Source of the DNA: an uncultured Desulfosarcina sp.
Lineage (GTDB): Bacteria; Desulfobacterota; Desulfobacteria; Desulfobacterales; Desulfosarcinaceae
Length of the DNA stretch: 64,000 bases
Direction of reading: 5' to 3'
NCBI GenBank assembly: GCA_963674945.2
Contig: CAXXWQ010000004.1
Location: 512,001-576,000, forward strand
A program made the translations under genes and the position numbers. Under the pieces are notes generated by a model. That model was not told where the DNA came from, did no database searches, and saw nothing but the letters and a program-made list of their open reading frames with translations. Within the stretch, counting starts at the first letter, position 1. Each line of letters opens with the position of its first letter. This document shows, piece after piece, positions 29,755 to 40,867 of the stretch.

Positions 29755-30939
29755 ATGAATAATATTAATGATTGTTTCGATAAATTGCGTAGATACTGCG
29801 AAACACAAGATTTTAAAGGATATGATCCTTACGATGGTTTAAACAGCCCTTTTTCAAAGCTGTATCCTTTCAGCAACTCTAATCTTCTTCGTTTAATATG
29901 GATTCAAACATTTAAAAGATTTCCTTTCAATATACGGCCATTGTTTTTGATTAAAAAGGAATACAATCCTAAAGGAATAGCACTATTTTTAACTGGATAC
30001 TGCAATTTATACAACGCGACAAAGAACGATAACTATCTTAAAAAAGTTCACTATCTATCCAAAATATTGATACGGATGCAAACAAAGGGTTTTTCCGGAT
30101 CATGTTGGGGATACAACTTTCCTTGGCAATCTAGGTTAGGTCTTATTCCAAAAGGGTTCCCTAATGTCGTCACTACTTCTTATGCATCATATGCTCTTAT
30201 GGATGCCTATGGTTGCACAAATAAACTTGAATACCTGGATGTTGCAACGAGTAGTTGCAATTTTATTCTTCGTGACTTGAAAAGAACAAAACGTGGAGAT
30301 GGATTTATATTTTCATACTCTCCTCTTAAATCTAATTGTGTTTATAATGCATCACTTCTAGCTAGTCGAGTATTATCACGAGCATTTTATTTTTTAAAAG
30401 ATAAGTCCCTATTGGATTATGCAATGGCATCTGTATTAGCATGTTGTTCTGCTCAAAAAAATGATGGTGCTTGGGCATATGGTGAATCATCTTCTCAAAA
30501 TTGGATTGACAGCTTTCATACAGGATATAATCTTGAATGTATAAGCGAATATCAAAAATACTCCAGAGACTTAAGCTTTTATAGTAATCTTAAAAAGGGA
30601 TTACACTATTATATAGCTAATTTCTTCATTGATGACGGAACACCAAAATATTTTGATAACAAGATCTATCCTATCGACATTCATTCACCATCTCAATTTA
30701 TTGTTACTCTTTTTAGAATGAATAAATTAGCAATACACAGAAATAGAGTTGATAAGATACTATCATGGACTATAAATAATATGTTTGACAAATTTTGCGG
30801 TTTCTTTTTCTACCAATTACATCAAAACTATACCATCAAGATTCCATATATGAGATGGACTCAAGCCTGGATGTTCTATGCTCTTAGCTTTTATTTGTTA
30901 TTTTATAAAGAAACTGGTTTGAACCATAGAATATGTTAA
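29755..30939 (+). CDS. Conserved polysaccharide-cluster protein, probable (alpha/alpha)6 barrel, function unknown
   Basis: GYDPYDGLNS, WGYNFPWQ, WIDSFHTGY, YMRWTQAWM. Confidence 0.6.
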   Translation: MNNINDCFDKLRRYCETQDFKGYDPYDGLNSPFSKLYPFSNSNLLRLIWIQTFKRFPFNIRPLFLIKKEYNPKGIALFLTGYCNLYNATKNDNYLKKVHYLSKILIRMQTKGFSGSCWGYNFPWQSRLGLIPKGFPNVVTTSYASYALMDAYGCTNKLEYLDVATSSCNFILRDLKRTKRGDGFIFSYSPLKSNCVYNASLLASRVLSRAFYFLKDKSLLDYAMASVLACCSAQKNDGAWAYGESSSQNWIDSFHTGYNLECISEYQKYSRDLSFYSNLKKGLHYYIANFFIDDGTPKYFDNKIYPIDIHSPSQFIVTLFRMNKLAIHRNRVDKILSWTINNMFDKFCGFFFYQLHQNYTIKIPYMRWTQAWMFYALSFYLLFYKETGLNHRIC

Positions 30940-31181
30940 GTAATAATCTCTTTTCTCTATTCATTTAAAATATAAATTGTACTTTTGATAACACGTAACT
31001 TGTGGATCAAAAGTAAAAAAGGTAGGTTATTGAGTGATCAATCAATATTATAATTGATGGGATCTTAATCTTACTTGATCTTATTACTTACTCGAAACTC
31101 CTTGATTGAATATAATAAAATTTTTCTTGGTTTGAAACATCAATATATAAACTCTTTTAACAATAATTCGGTGATAATAAA

Positions 31182-32075
31182 ATGGTACCAAATTTTTTAG
31201 TCATAGGAGCTCAAAAGTCTGGAACAACCTCCTTGATCAATTACCTATCGGTTCATCCTGAAATTTATGTGCCGGAGGATAAGGAAGTTTCATTATTTTA
31301 TGAAGATGAAGAGTATAACAAAAGATTTATAAATTTTCCATATCATAATCATTATCGTAGATATAATGGTCAACGATTTGCCGGAAACGCTCCAGTAAAT
31401 ATTTTGTTTTTTGCAGAAACAACTGCAAAAAATATTTTTAAATTTAACCCAAATATGAAACTTATTGCAATTTTAAGAAATCCTATTGAGAGAGCTTATT
31501 CTGCATATTGGTATAATATTAGATGCGGTTTGGAGACAAAATCATTTGATATTGCTATTAAAAGAGAAAAAGATATAACTGATAATGGAACTTTTTTACA
31601 AAAGTGCAATTTCACGTATATTTCACATGGATATTATTATGAACAGCTTTGCCTTTTCCTGTCTATCTTTTCTAAAGAAAATTTGCTTGTAGTATTATAT
31701 GATGATTTTAAAATTAACCCCAAATTAGTTTTGAACGAAATCACAAATTTCTTATCTCTTCATCAGAATTACTTAAACAATTCTATTTTTAAAAAATATA
31801 ATGCAGCCTCAAAGCCAAAGATAAAATGGTTTACGAATATGGTGTATAATAAAAATGTTATAAAAAATATTTACAATATTTCAATCCCTATATCATTAAG
31901 AAATAGAATTCACTACTCAATTATACTTAAATTATTAAATGCAAATTTAACTAATTTTACTTATCCTCAAATGAATGACACTACTAAACAATACTTAAAT
32001 AAAATTTTTAAAAAGCACAATAACAATTTGGAAAATTTGTTAAACAAAGATCTTTCTATATGGAACAATATTTAA
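31182..32075 (+). CDS. PAPS-dependent sulfotransferase
   Basis: 5'-PSB IGAQKSGTTS and 3'-PB LRNPIERAYS. Confidence 0.9.
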   Translation: MVPNFLVIGAQKSGTTSLINYLSVHPEIYVPEDKEVSLFYEDEEYNKRFINFPYHNHYRRYNGQRFAGNAPVNILFFAETTAKNIFKFNPNMKLIAILRNPIERAYSAYWYNIRCGLETKSFDIAIKREKDITDNGTFLQKCNFTYISHGYYYEQLCLFLSIFSKENLLVVLYDDFKINPKLVLNEITNFLSLHQNYLNNSIFKKYNAASKPKIKWFTNMVYNKNVIKNIYNISIPISLRNRIHYSIILKLLNANLTNFTYPQMNDTTKQYLNKIFKKHNNNLENLLNKDLSIWNNI

Positions 32076-32082
32076 TTTTAAT

Positions 32083-33498
32083 ATGACAATGAGTATTTAT
32101 CTTTTATTAATTGTTTTTTTTATAGTTTTAATTTGCGCATTCCTTCTATATCTTGAATCCGGAATACTTGTTTTTTTTATTTGCAGTACGTCATTTCAAT
32201 ATCTTGAGCATATATCGCTTTTGAATTTAACGGCTTTAGATTATTTCGGAATTTTTTTTCCAATGATTTTTTTTATTGGGCTTTTTTTTAATAACAAAAA
32301 TCTTTTTAATATCTTTCTTGATAATTATTTAATAAAGCATTACTTCATAATTATTATGATTTTTCTTTTTTGCGGTGTTCTATTCACTGGCATGGTATAC
32401 CCTCTCAACACAAACACCTCACTAATTGAAAGATTAGGAGTATGGTTCAAACTTATAAATAATTTTAGCATTTTAATTTCCATTAATTTATTATTTATTG
32501 ATAGTCAGAAAGTTAATACCTTGCTTAACTGTATGCTTCTATCACTTTTAGTTCCAGCATCTTTGTTTTCATATCAAATAATTACAGGAGAAACAATATT
32601 TAACTATAGAACTGGATATAGCTTTGCTACTGCGTATTTTCATCATCCTGGAGTTATTGCCTATGCTTTAGTTTTCCACTTCCCTATTTCTTTATTAAAA
32701 CTCTATAATTCAACATCAATTAGAGACAAAATATTCTGGGTAGTAATCATTATGATTTTTTTATGTCTTATATACTTTACATATCGCAGAGGTGCCTGGT
32801 TAGCTCTATTGTTTCAGCTTTCAATATATTTTTTCTTTTTGCAAAAAAATAAGTTTAAGATTTCCTTTTTATATTTATCTTTATTTTTAATTTTTATTTT
32901 TTCATTCACAACTATCTCATCAATATTTATTGATAGATTTTCAGATGTTACTATATTATTTGATAACTTTTGGATGTCCATTGAAACGCATACATATGAT
33001 GATCTATTTTCTGGGCGTTGGGGATTTTATCGCAGCAACTTCATATATCTTTTCAATCAACCAATTTTTAATATGTTATTCGGCAACGGAATTGGTGCGA
33101 CCTATTTTATTCCTGCAAAGTTAGGTGTTGCCGGAGGAGGGCATAATATCTATTTAATTTTATTGATTGATTACGGTATTATTGGTTTTTTGGCATACAT
33201 ATCTTTTTTATTTGCAATTTTTATCAAATTATTAGGCTCACTTCATTCACCAAATCCATTTATAAGTTCTTTTTCCAAAATGCTTATAACGTTGTTCATA
33301 AGTTATTTAATTATTGGAATGGTTACGCATGTCCTTTATAGCAATGCTCCTAATTGGCTTTTTTTTGGTTTGCTGGGCGCTTTTTTAGGAGTTGATAATT
33401 CTTCAAAAAACAAACTTGTAATGCATAAACAACAATATATTTTGAAAAATTATAACTTTAGAAAGAATAGTATAGAGTTAATCCCTAAAAGGGGATGA
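32083..33498 (+). CDS. Wzy/O-antigen ligase-family polymerase
   Basis: About 12 TM segments, TYRRGAW, SGRW, GNGIG, HNIYL. Confidence 0.85.
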   Translation: MTMSIYLLLIVFFIVLICAFLLYLESGILVFFICSTSFQYLEHISLLNLTALDYFGIFFPMIFFIGLFFNNKNLFNIFLDNYLIKHYFIIIMIFLFCGVLFTGMVYPLNTNTSLIERLGVWFKLINNFSILISINLLFIDSQKVNTLLNCMLLSLLVPASLFSYQIITGETIFNYRTGYSFATAYFHHPGVIAYALVFHFPISLLKLYNSTSIRDKIFWVVIIMIFLCLIYFTYRRGAWLALLFQLSIYFFFLQKNKFKISFLYLSLFLIFIFSFTTISSIFIDRFSDVTILFDNFWMSIETHTYDDLFSGRWGFYRSNFIYLFNQPIFNMLFGNGIGATYFIPAKLGVAGGGHNIYLILLIDYGIIGFLAYISFLFAIFIKLLGSLHSPNPFISSFSKMLITLFISYLIIGMVTHVLYSNAPNWLFFGLLGAFLGVDNSSKNKLVMHKQQYILKNYNFRKNSIELIPKRG

Positions 33499-33699
33499 GT
33501 TTTTTGAATCTATATAGGATAAGTCAGATTCTCCTTCATTTTAGTCTGACTATTAGCTTAGCACATTGTCCTGCTTTTGGGGACTACCAAATATCTTCTG
33601 CTGAAGATTTAACTTAACCTCGGAGCCCTTTTTCCTTTTACCTTAATCCACAACGATTAATAATATATACCGAAAGAATGATTAGTTTAAATATTTTAA

Positions 33700-34747
33700 C
33701 TGGGGTATGCACTTGACTCCAGTGGCCACAACATATAGTGTACCAGTCTATGGAGGAAGATTACCCCAGAACGTTGATAGAATTTGAAAAACGATTTAGC
33801 TCTGAAGCTGGATGCACTGACTATTTGATGGCTCTTAGATGGCCCGAAGGCTTCCGTTGCCCTCATTGCGGTTCTGCATCCTCGTGGAGAACTAAACGAT
33901 CCCAGTTTCATTGTACTGATTGTGGAAATCAATCTACGATAACTTCCGGTACAATTTTTCACGGCACCAGAAAGCCCTTGTCTCTTTGGTTTCGGGCTAT
34001 GTGGCACATTACAGGTCAGAAGTACGGAGCTAATGCACTTGGGCTTCAGAGAGTACTTAACCTTGGGAGTTATAATACCGCCTGGCAATGGCTCCATAAA
34101 CTTCGAAGAGCAATGGTTCGTCCAGGACGTGACCGATTGTCCGGGATTGTTGAAGTTGATGAAACCTATGTCGGTGGGAAAAAGTCTGGAAAACGCGGTC
34201 GGGGTGCTGAAGGTAAAGCTTTGGTCGGTATTGCCGTGGAGGATAAAGGCCGAAAAGGAATTGGGCGAATTAGACTCTGGCACCTCGAAGACGCATCGGG
34301 AGATAGTCTGACTCAATTTGTACAAGAAATCGCCCAGCCAGGCAGCACCATCAGGACGGATGATTGGCCCGGCTATAGCAGCCTTGGCGATAAAGGATTT
34401 AAGCATATTGCGATTCCATCGCATGACTTGAAGATTGTACATTTGGTAGCGTCGCTCATGAAACGATGGTTACTTGGTACTTATCAAGGGGCGGTCAGAC
34501 CGTCTCATTTGATGTACTATTTGGATGAATTCACATTCAGGTTCAACCGTAGAACATCAGTGTCTCGCGGAAAACTATTTTACAGGCTGGTCCAACAGGC
34601 CGTGATGGTGGACCCTGCCCCAGCTAGTACTCTTAAAGGTGCATCGTTACCGTTTTTGGAAGGGGCAGCAAATTTAAATCTCGATCCAATTGACGATGAC
34701 CTGGGCCACAACATATAGTATGTGCTGGATTTAAGTGCATACCCCAG
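33700..34747 (+). mobile_element. IS1595-family insertion sequence (1048 bp)
   Basis: 23-bp terminal IRs ctggggtatgcacttgactccag / ctggatttaagtgcataccccag (21/23); near-TSD tattttaa vs tattttta. Confidence 0.9.
33738..34718 (+). CDS. IS1595-family transposase (likely start ATG 33750)
   Basis: CPHC/CTDC Zn ribbon, VEVDETY, TDDW, YLDEFTFRFNRR. Confidence 0.95.
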   Translation: MYQSMEEDYPRTLIEFEKRFSSEAGCTDYLMALRWPEGFRCPHCGSASSWRTKRSQFHCTDCGNQSTITSGTIFHGTRKPLSLWFRAMWHITGQKYGANALGLQRVLNLGSYNTAWQWLHKLRRAMVRPGRDRLSGIVEVDETYVGGKKSGKRGRGAEGKALVGIAVEDKGRKGIGRIRLWHLEDASGDSLTQFVQEIAQPGSTIRTDDWPGYSSLGDKGFKHIAIPSHDLKIVHLVASLMKRWLLGTYQGAVRPSHLMYYLDEFTFRFNRRTSVSRGKLFYRLVQQAVMVDPAPASTLKGASLPFLEGAANLNLDPIDDDLGHNI

Positions 34748-34852
34748 TATTTTAATTCGTTAAAAAATTTTGGGTAACGACCATATTCACCATTGGAATA
34801 ACAAAAATCCAATGGCATATACGAAGTCTTGAAATATACAAAACATTAGCTG

Positions 34853-36190
34853 ATGAATAAAAATTTAAATATTATTTATTCGGGTTCAATTGTCTTTTTT
34901 GTAGGCAAAACATTTAATGTTATTGCACAATATTTACTTATTATATTATTAGGAAGAAATCTTGGTGCAAATAATGTCGGTCTATTTTTTCTAGGTTTTT
35001 CTATAATATCATTTACCAATGTAATTGGAACGTTAGGATATTCTGAAAGTATTTTAAAATTTATCCCAGAATATTTAGCAAAAAATGAACTCTACAATGT
35101 TCCTAAAATAATAAATTTTATATCTTTATCTTCAATATTTGTTTTAATCATTTGTGCATTATTTCTTTACTATTTTTCTGATTTTCTTGGTAACAATTTG
35201 TTTAATGATGCCAATTTTAGCTCTGTAATTCAATCCTTTTCTTTATGTTTACCTTTTTACGGTATTTTATCAATTTTTTCGTCAATTTTACGAGCTTTTA
35301 AGGACATACTGAGATTTTCTTTAATAAAAAACATATTCCAGCCTTGGTCATTTATTGTTTTTTCATTTATTGTTTTTTATTTCTCAAATAATATTAATTA
35401 TATAATATTCTCATATTTTTTAAGTATCCTTCTTTCACTATCTATAAATATTTTTTTCTTACGAATTCATCTCCCCACAAAGTCTTCTCCCCTTAAATTT
35501 AATTTTTCTCGCAAAAAAATATTTTGCTATTCAATTCCATTTATGGGTTCAGGAATATTGGGATTTTTTCTTGTATGGATGGATACATTTATGCTCGGTA
35601 TTTTTAGAAGTTCAAGTGAAGTTGGAATTTATAGTTGTGCTGCACGAATCGCACTTTTTTCTAATATAATTTTAGTCTCTGTTAACTCGATATTTGGCCC
35701 AATTATTTCAGATTTCTATACGAAAAAGGACTTTTGTGGATTGGAATATGCTTATAAAACAACAGTAAGATGGATAGTTCATATTAGCTTGCCTTTTTTT
35801 TTCATTATATTCATTTTCCCTAATATAATTATGGAAACTTTTGGTGAACAATTTATTAAAGGTGCTTCCGCATTAACTATTTTATGCGTTGGACAATTTA
35901 TAAATATATCTGTTGGATCTGCAGGTTATATATTAAATATGACTGGAAAGCCTAGAATTGAACTCATAAACCAAATTCTATCTTTGATAATTAATTTTTC
36001 TTTAAACTTTATTCTCATTCCAAAAATGGGAATCAATGGAGCCGCAATTGCGACATCTACTTCGATATCAATTGTCAATATTTTTCGTTTATTGGAGAAC
36101 TATTATTTTCTTAATATTCACCCATACTCTATAGAATTAATTTTCCCAAAAAAAATTTTGACATGTCACAAGATTAGAAAGCTATCCTAA
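34853..36190 (+). CDS. wzx: Wzx flippase
   Basis: Multi-TM, DTFMLG, EVGIYS, GINGAAIAT. Confidence 0.9.
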   Translation: MNKNLNIIYSGSIVFFVGKTFNVIAQYLLIILLGRNLGANNVGLFFLGFSIISFTNVIGTLGYSESILKFIPEYLAKNELYNVPKIINFISLSSIFVLIICALFLYYFSDFLGNNLFNDANFSSVIQSFSLCLPFYGILSIFSSILRAFKDILRFSLIKNIFQPWSFIVFSFIVFYFSNNINYIIFSYFLSILLSLSINIFFLRIHLPTKSSPLKFNFSRKKIFCYSIPFMGSGILGFFLVWMDTFMLGIFRSSSEVGIYSCAARIALFSNIILVSVNSIFGPIISDFYTKKDFCGLEYAYKTTVRWIVHISLPFFFIIFIFPNIIMETFGEQFIKGASALTILCVGQFINISVGSAGYILNMTGKPRIELINQILSLIINFSLNFILIPKMGINGAAIATSTSISIVNIFRLLENYYFLNIHPYSIELIFPKKILTCHKIRKLS

Positions 36191-36430
36191 TTTTTAGTTT
36201 TTGGCACTTAAAATCTAAAAAAAATTGGGTAACACTCCCAAGTATAAGAATCAATTACAACGAAAGTTGTTTCCCATTAAAAAGAATAAAGCAAAACCAG
36301 AGCTAATAGACGCTCCCGGACCCGGCCACAACCGTTGAAGATTCGACTAAGCTTTATTTTGCCAAAGATCAGTGGCCAGAATCAGCTTGGCCGCGTAACG
36401 GGTTTTTCAGGATCGACTCAAGTAAACTTA

Positions 36431-36493
36431 TTTTAGGTATGATATTATGAAACCCTCCATTTAAAATTTGATTTCATTATATCATACCTAAAA
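36431..36493. repeat. 22-bp inverted repeat with 19-nt loop
   Basis: ttttaggtatgatattatgaaa / tttcattatatcatacctaaaa, 1 mismatch. Confidence 0.8.
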
Positions 36494-36635
36494 CAGGATG
36501 AGAATATTTTATAGCCATATATTTTTATAACTGTATTCCTTATCCCTCCGGATCAGATCAGGTTCATGTATACCCCATAATTGCCTTCAGGCATACTTTA
36601 TTAAAAAGTATAGTTTTGTTTATCGACCCTAATAA

Positions 36636-37733
36636 ATGAAAAAAGTCAAAGTCTTAATTTTTCGGCCTCATCCTTCAGAATCTGGTGGTGTAGGATATTA
36701 CAACTCTTTAGTTGAAAAGTATTTCATTTCAGATAGAGTTATTCTGAATTATTACTATACCGGCAAAAAATTTGGCAAATGTTCCTACTCATCAAGATTT
36801 ATAAAATTCTGCTTTGATTTAAAAAATATTTTATTTATTTTGCCAAACTATCATTTAATTATTCTCAACCCTTCTCTTGACCCTAAAGGAATTATTCGAG
36901 ATGGAATATTTCATTTTATCATAAAATATTTTTATAATAAGTCTACTTTAGTTTTTTTTCATGGATGGAAATTAGAAACTGAAAATCTAATTGATCGGCA
37001 TTTTAAAAAGCTATTTAAATTTATTTTTAATTTTGACAAAGCATGTGTGTTAGGAATAAATATTAAAACAAAACTTGTTCAATGGGGTTTTAAGCCAAAA
37101 ACTATAATTATTGAAACCACTGCATTTGAAAGTTATAAACGTACATCACAAAAGGATCCTTATAAAATAATATTTATTTCTAGGCTTGTTAAAAAAAAAG
37201 GATGTCTTGAAGCACTAAAAACAATAGAGATAGTTCGCAACGAAATACAAAACATTAAATTATTCATGGTTGGTAATGGAGAAATGGAAGAATTATTAAA
37301 ACAATATGTTAGAGATAGAGACCTAAAAAATAATGTTACATTTAAAGGATATTTACAAGGTAAAGATAAATATGAGTTATTAGATAGCTGTGGCATAATG
37401 CTTTTCCCTACATATACTGAGGGAATGCCTATTTCTCTTTTGGAAGGCATGGGGATGGGGGTCGTAGTTATTACAAGACCAGTTGGTGGAATACCAGACA
37501 TTTTCGAGGATGGAAAGAATGGATTTTTAATTAAATCTCTTGATCCACACGATTTTGCCGATAAATTATTTTTTTTAATAAAAAATCCTGCAGATATGCA
37601 AAATATGTCCATAAATAATTCAAATGAGGCCATGAAAAAATTTGAAATAAAAAAAGTTGTTACTAGATTAGAAAAGATTTACTACGAAACGGCGCTTAAT
37701 GGTTCAAATAGAAAGGGATGCATTCCCAGTTAA
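36636..37733 (+). CDS. Glycosyltransferase family 4
   Basis: SRLVKKKG, EGMPISLLEGM, VGGIPD. Confidence 0.92.
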   Translation: MKKVKVLIFRPHPSESGGVGYYNSLVEKYFISDRVILNYYYTGKKFGKCSYSSRFIKFCFDLKNILFILPNYHLIILNPSLDPKGIIRDGIFHFIIKYFYNKSTLVFFHGWKLETENLIDRHFKKLFKFIFNFDKACVLGINIKTKLVQWGFKPKTIIIETTAFESYKRTSQKDPYKIIFISRLVKKKGCLEALKTIEIVRNEIQNIKLFMVGNGEMEELLKQYVRDRDLKNNVTFKGYLQGKDKYELLDSCGIMLFPTYTEGMPISLLEGMGMGVVVITRPVGGIPDIFEDGKNGFLIKSLDPHDFADKLFFLIKNPADMQNMSINNSNEAMKKFEIKKVVTRLEKIYYETALNGSNRKGCIPS

Positions 37734-37859
37734 TGATTTTTATTGATCTTTGATAATATACTTTCATGGCCCGCCCCCTGTAGGGAGGAGCCATTGGCTA
37801 CTTCCCCCTTTAGAGGAGATTTTACAAGACCGTACCTTCTGGGTGTGAATAATTACTAT

Positions 37860-39467
37860 TTACCTTCTAACAATTGATAAATTCTCTGGTGCCAATATTA
37901 CAATAGAGTTTGATATGCTACTTTCAAAAGGTCCAATATCAGGCGCCAATCCATTGAATTTTAAACTAACCCCTTGGTTATTTGACCAAGTTAAAGATCT
38001 ATCAATTGATATAATATTATTGGTATAATCAACACTTATTATCCTTGCAGACTCACTCTGATTCTCAAACTGAATTATATCTCCTTCTATTATACCCCAT
38101 CCATCTATAAAGTAATGAGCATCATTAACCTGAATTTCTCTACCACTCCCAGAACTAATTGTTCTCGTTAAAAAAGTACCAGAATCTATGCACGGACTTT
38201 TAACTTGCAGATTAAGCAAATTGAAATTTGGATAATCATGTTTATTTGGATTTAATAAGCTTGTGTTAGCATCGATAAATTTCGGGTCACCATCGGCTGT
38301 TTGCCAATTGTTTAAAAAAGTATTATCCGAAAGATTTATTGGGCCTGTGAAGCCGACAATTCCTCCAACATTTTCATGAAAAATGTTATTTTTCACAACT
38401 GTTCCTTTTATTCCTCCATTCCAACCACAAAGAGTAATTGCATTTGTATTTCGTCCAGACTGGCCTAAACCAAGATGATAAAAAACATTGTGAAATATAT
38501 AATTGTTGTCTGCAACTCCTGTAGGGAAGGCTTGAAGGGTGTTTATTTGAATTGCAGGGCCGTATAAGTTGTAGAACATGTTCCCACGCCATATGTTATT
38601 AGATGATTCTACCTGAAGAGCCGGGGCATAATTGCCATCAATCGGATCCCCTGTGAAACAAAAGCGATTTCCTTCAAACAAATTCCATCCTCCTTCTCCA
38701 ACCTCTTGAGATGTACCTGCTGAAACTTCGCCAATTCGATTTCCGTAGGTTGGATTATTTTCTGGATACCATTCTTCGTGATGAAAATAATTGTTCCGTA
38801 TCACGTTGTAGCTATCTGTAACTCTAATAACATTGTGGCCGCCATAATACATATGATTATTTTCTATAAGATTATAGTTAGTTCCCCATGGACTTTTCGT
38901 ACTCCCAATAAAAATCATATCAGCATAATCTTCACCATCAGATTGCCAACCAAATCGTGAAATAGTACAATGATGGATCCAATTATATTTTGAATTTGTT
39001 GAGATCCAAAATGCTCTCCATGTTTTAACATTTCGAGGGTCATCAAAAATACAGTATTCTATGTAATTGTGGTTTCCATTTTCAATAAGTAAATAGGTAT
39101 CCGTATCATTAAAAGTAAGCCCATTGATGGTAATATACGATCTATTGCTTAACTGCAGTGGATTACTAACATTGATAATTCTTACTACTTCGTTATTATA
39201 ATTTTGGTAAACAATCCTATTATCCGCACTTCCACTGTTGCTGGGATAAATTTGTTGACCACTATAATCTCCACTTCTAATATAAACTGTATCACCAGCC
39301 ATTAAAGAATTATTTGCTTTAGACAATGTTTTCCAGGGGTTTGACAGTGTACCAGGATTAGAGTCATTTCCATTAGCGCCATCAACATAGAATTCAGCGG
39401 CCTGTAAAACTGAGCACATGGTCATAAAGAATAAAAGTGACAACAGTGTATTACGAATTTTTAACAT
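37860..39467 (-). CDS. Secreted right-handed beta-helix protein (DUF1565-like N-terminus; possible polysaccharide-active enzyme)
   Basis: Signal peptide, YVDG.NGNDSNPGT...PWKT, Asn-rich beta-helix repeats, APDIGPFE. Confidence 0.7.
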   Translation of the reverse strand: MLKIRNTLLSLLFFMTMCSVLQAAEFYVDGANGNDSNPGTLSNPWKTLSKANNSLMAGDTVYIRSGDYSGQQIYPSNSGSADNRIVYQNYNNEVVRIINVSNPLQLSNRSYITINGLTFNDTDTYLLIENGNHNYIEYCIFDDPRNVKTWRAFWISTNSKYNWIHHCTISRFGWQSDGEDYADMIFIGSTKSPWGTNYNLIENNHMYYGGHNVIRVTDSYNVIRNNYFHHEEWYPENNPTYGNRIGEVSAGTSQEVGEGGWNLFEGNRFCFTGDPIDGNYAPALQVESSNNIWRGNMFYNLYGPAIQINTLQAFPTGVADNNYIFHNVFYHLGLGQSGRNTNAITLCGWNGGIKGTVVKNNIFHENVGGIVGFTGPINLSDNTFLNNWQTADGDPKFIDANTSLLNPNKHDYPNFNLLNLQVKSPCIDSGTFLTRTISSGSGREIQVNDAHYFIDGWGIIEGDIIQFENQSESARIISVDYTNNIISIDRSLTWSNNQGVSLKFNGLAPDIGPFESSISNSIVILAPENLSIVRR

Positions 39468-39611
39468 GCCTTTTACCTCAATTGAATAGTAGTATATATT
39501 ATTTCTTATATTTTTCATTTTGCAATACTTCTTTACAATAATTTACATCTATATGTTTTAATTGCGCTCCCACTCTAATACAATTATCCTATGTACCATA
39601 GAATAACAGAA

Positions 39612-40682
39612 TTAATTTTCCAGGAGATAAACCATATCATCAGTAACAATAAATCTGTCAATCTTGGTACCATCTTCCCGTTGTTGAATTTTAAACGTAT
39701 GAGTGCCGACTTCTAAATGGTAGACGGCCGGATTGGAGGCATCCCGCACATCGTCATAATCGCGTATGCTGACCATGTCCCATGTCCAGTTATCTGTTCC
39801 GCTCATTTTCGTGTGCCACGTCAGGCTCTCCCCGTCATCCATCGAGACAAAGAAGGAATCACTGGCAGCGTCATTGGCGATAACTCGTCCCCATATAATA
39901 TAGTCTCCTGCTGTAGAGACATCAAAAGTGTATTCGGCATAGCCAGCCTGCGAAGAAAAAGGATCGTCGTTTGTACCATTTCCATCCGGTACCACGATAC
40001 AGGTGCCACTGGATGCATTTGCATCTTCAGCAAACTCCATGGGAGTAACAATATCTCCTTCCTCAGCTTCCATCCAGATTTTTACATATTCGGTTTGTGA
40101 ATTCGAGTTCAAGGGATCCGCTCCTTCACTTACTTCTTGGCCGTCTGAAATCCCGTTACCATCGCCATCGGTATTGTAATGCTCAGTAGCGTAAATGTCT
40201 TTTTCTTCAGCATATTTCAGGCCATCATCATCGCTACCTACTGGTGCAACCCGTAGGATGGTGACCTGACAGGCATCTGAATTCATCATCCCGCCATCGT
40301 CTTTTATGACAAGTTGAAAGCTCAAGACAGTACTTTCGCTGTGAAGGTAGTTTTACTTCTTACGGGACTACTACAAAGGACCGATAATCCTGACGTTTGT
40401 GTCCATTGATAACTATAGATAGTCTCTTCGGGATCAATTGACTCTGAACCATCAAGTATACAGGTTTTTGTGGTCCCTGACCAAGCAGGTTTTTCAAAAT
40501 CGTAGGTTTCACCTTGGATGCGCATGTAAACGTGGTAGCCATCGGTGGAAGTGTTTTGATCATCATCCCAAGCAAGCGTAACCTGATTTGCGTTAAGATA
40601 ATTTGTGCAACATAAGATGAAACAAACAACACTGCAAAAAAAGATTAATCGCCAGTTAGGACACAAATGTCCACATTTCATT
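39612..40682 (-). pseudogene. Disrupted secreted FN3-PKD-Ca-repeat-CBM-like protein (two ORFs, frameshift near 40325)
   Basis: Truncated FN3 (VTLAWD..GY.VY) joined to PKD-like LDGSES.DP...YQWTQ; the rest of the domain (LSFQLVIKD.GG...D...VTI) is in the next frame, then DGDG repeat and EAE...REDG CBM-like domain. Confidence 0.65.
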
Positions 40683-40852
40683 TTTTCGTTATGCCCTCTC
40701 AAATTCAGTTGTGATTCAGTTTTTACAATCCAATTGGAGATGAAACTTGAACAAGATCTGATCAATTTTATTTTTAACTATGATTTGTCCTTGTTACTTC
40801 CATATTGGGGTAAATTTTTCATAAAAAGACGTCTTTTTTCAAGTTTATGTTG

Positions 40853-40867
40853 GCAATTATAATGCCA
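40853..40867 (-). promoter_or_regulatory. Sigma-54 (-24/-12) promoter
   Basis: TGGCAT-TATAA-TTGC upstream of the secreted-protein genes. Confidence 0.55.
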
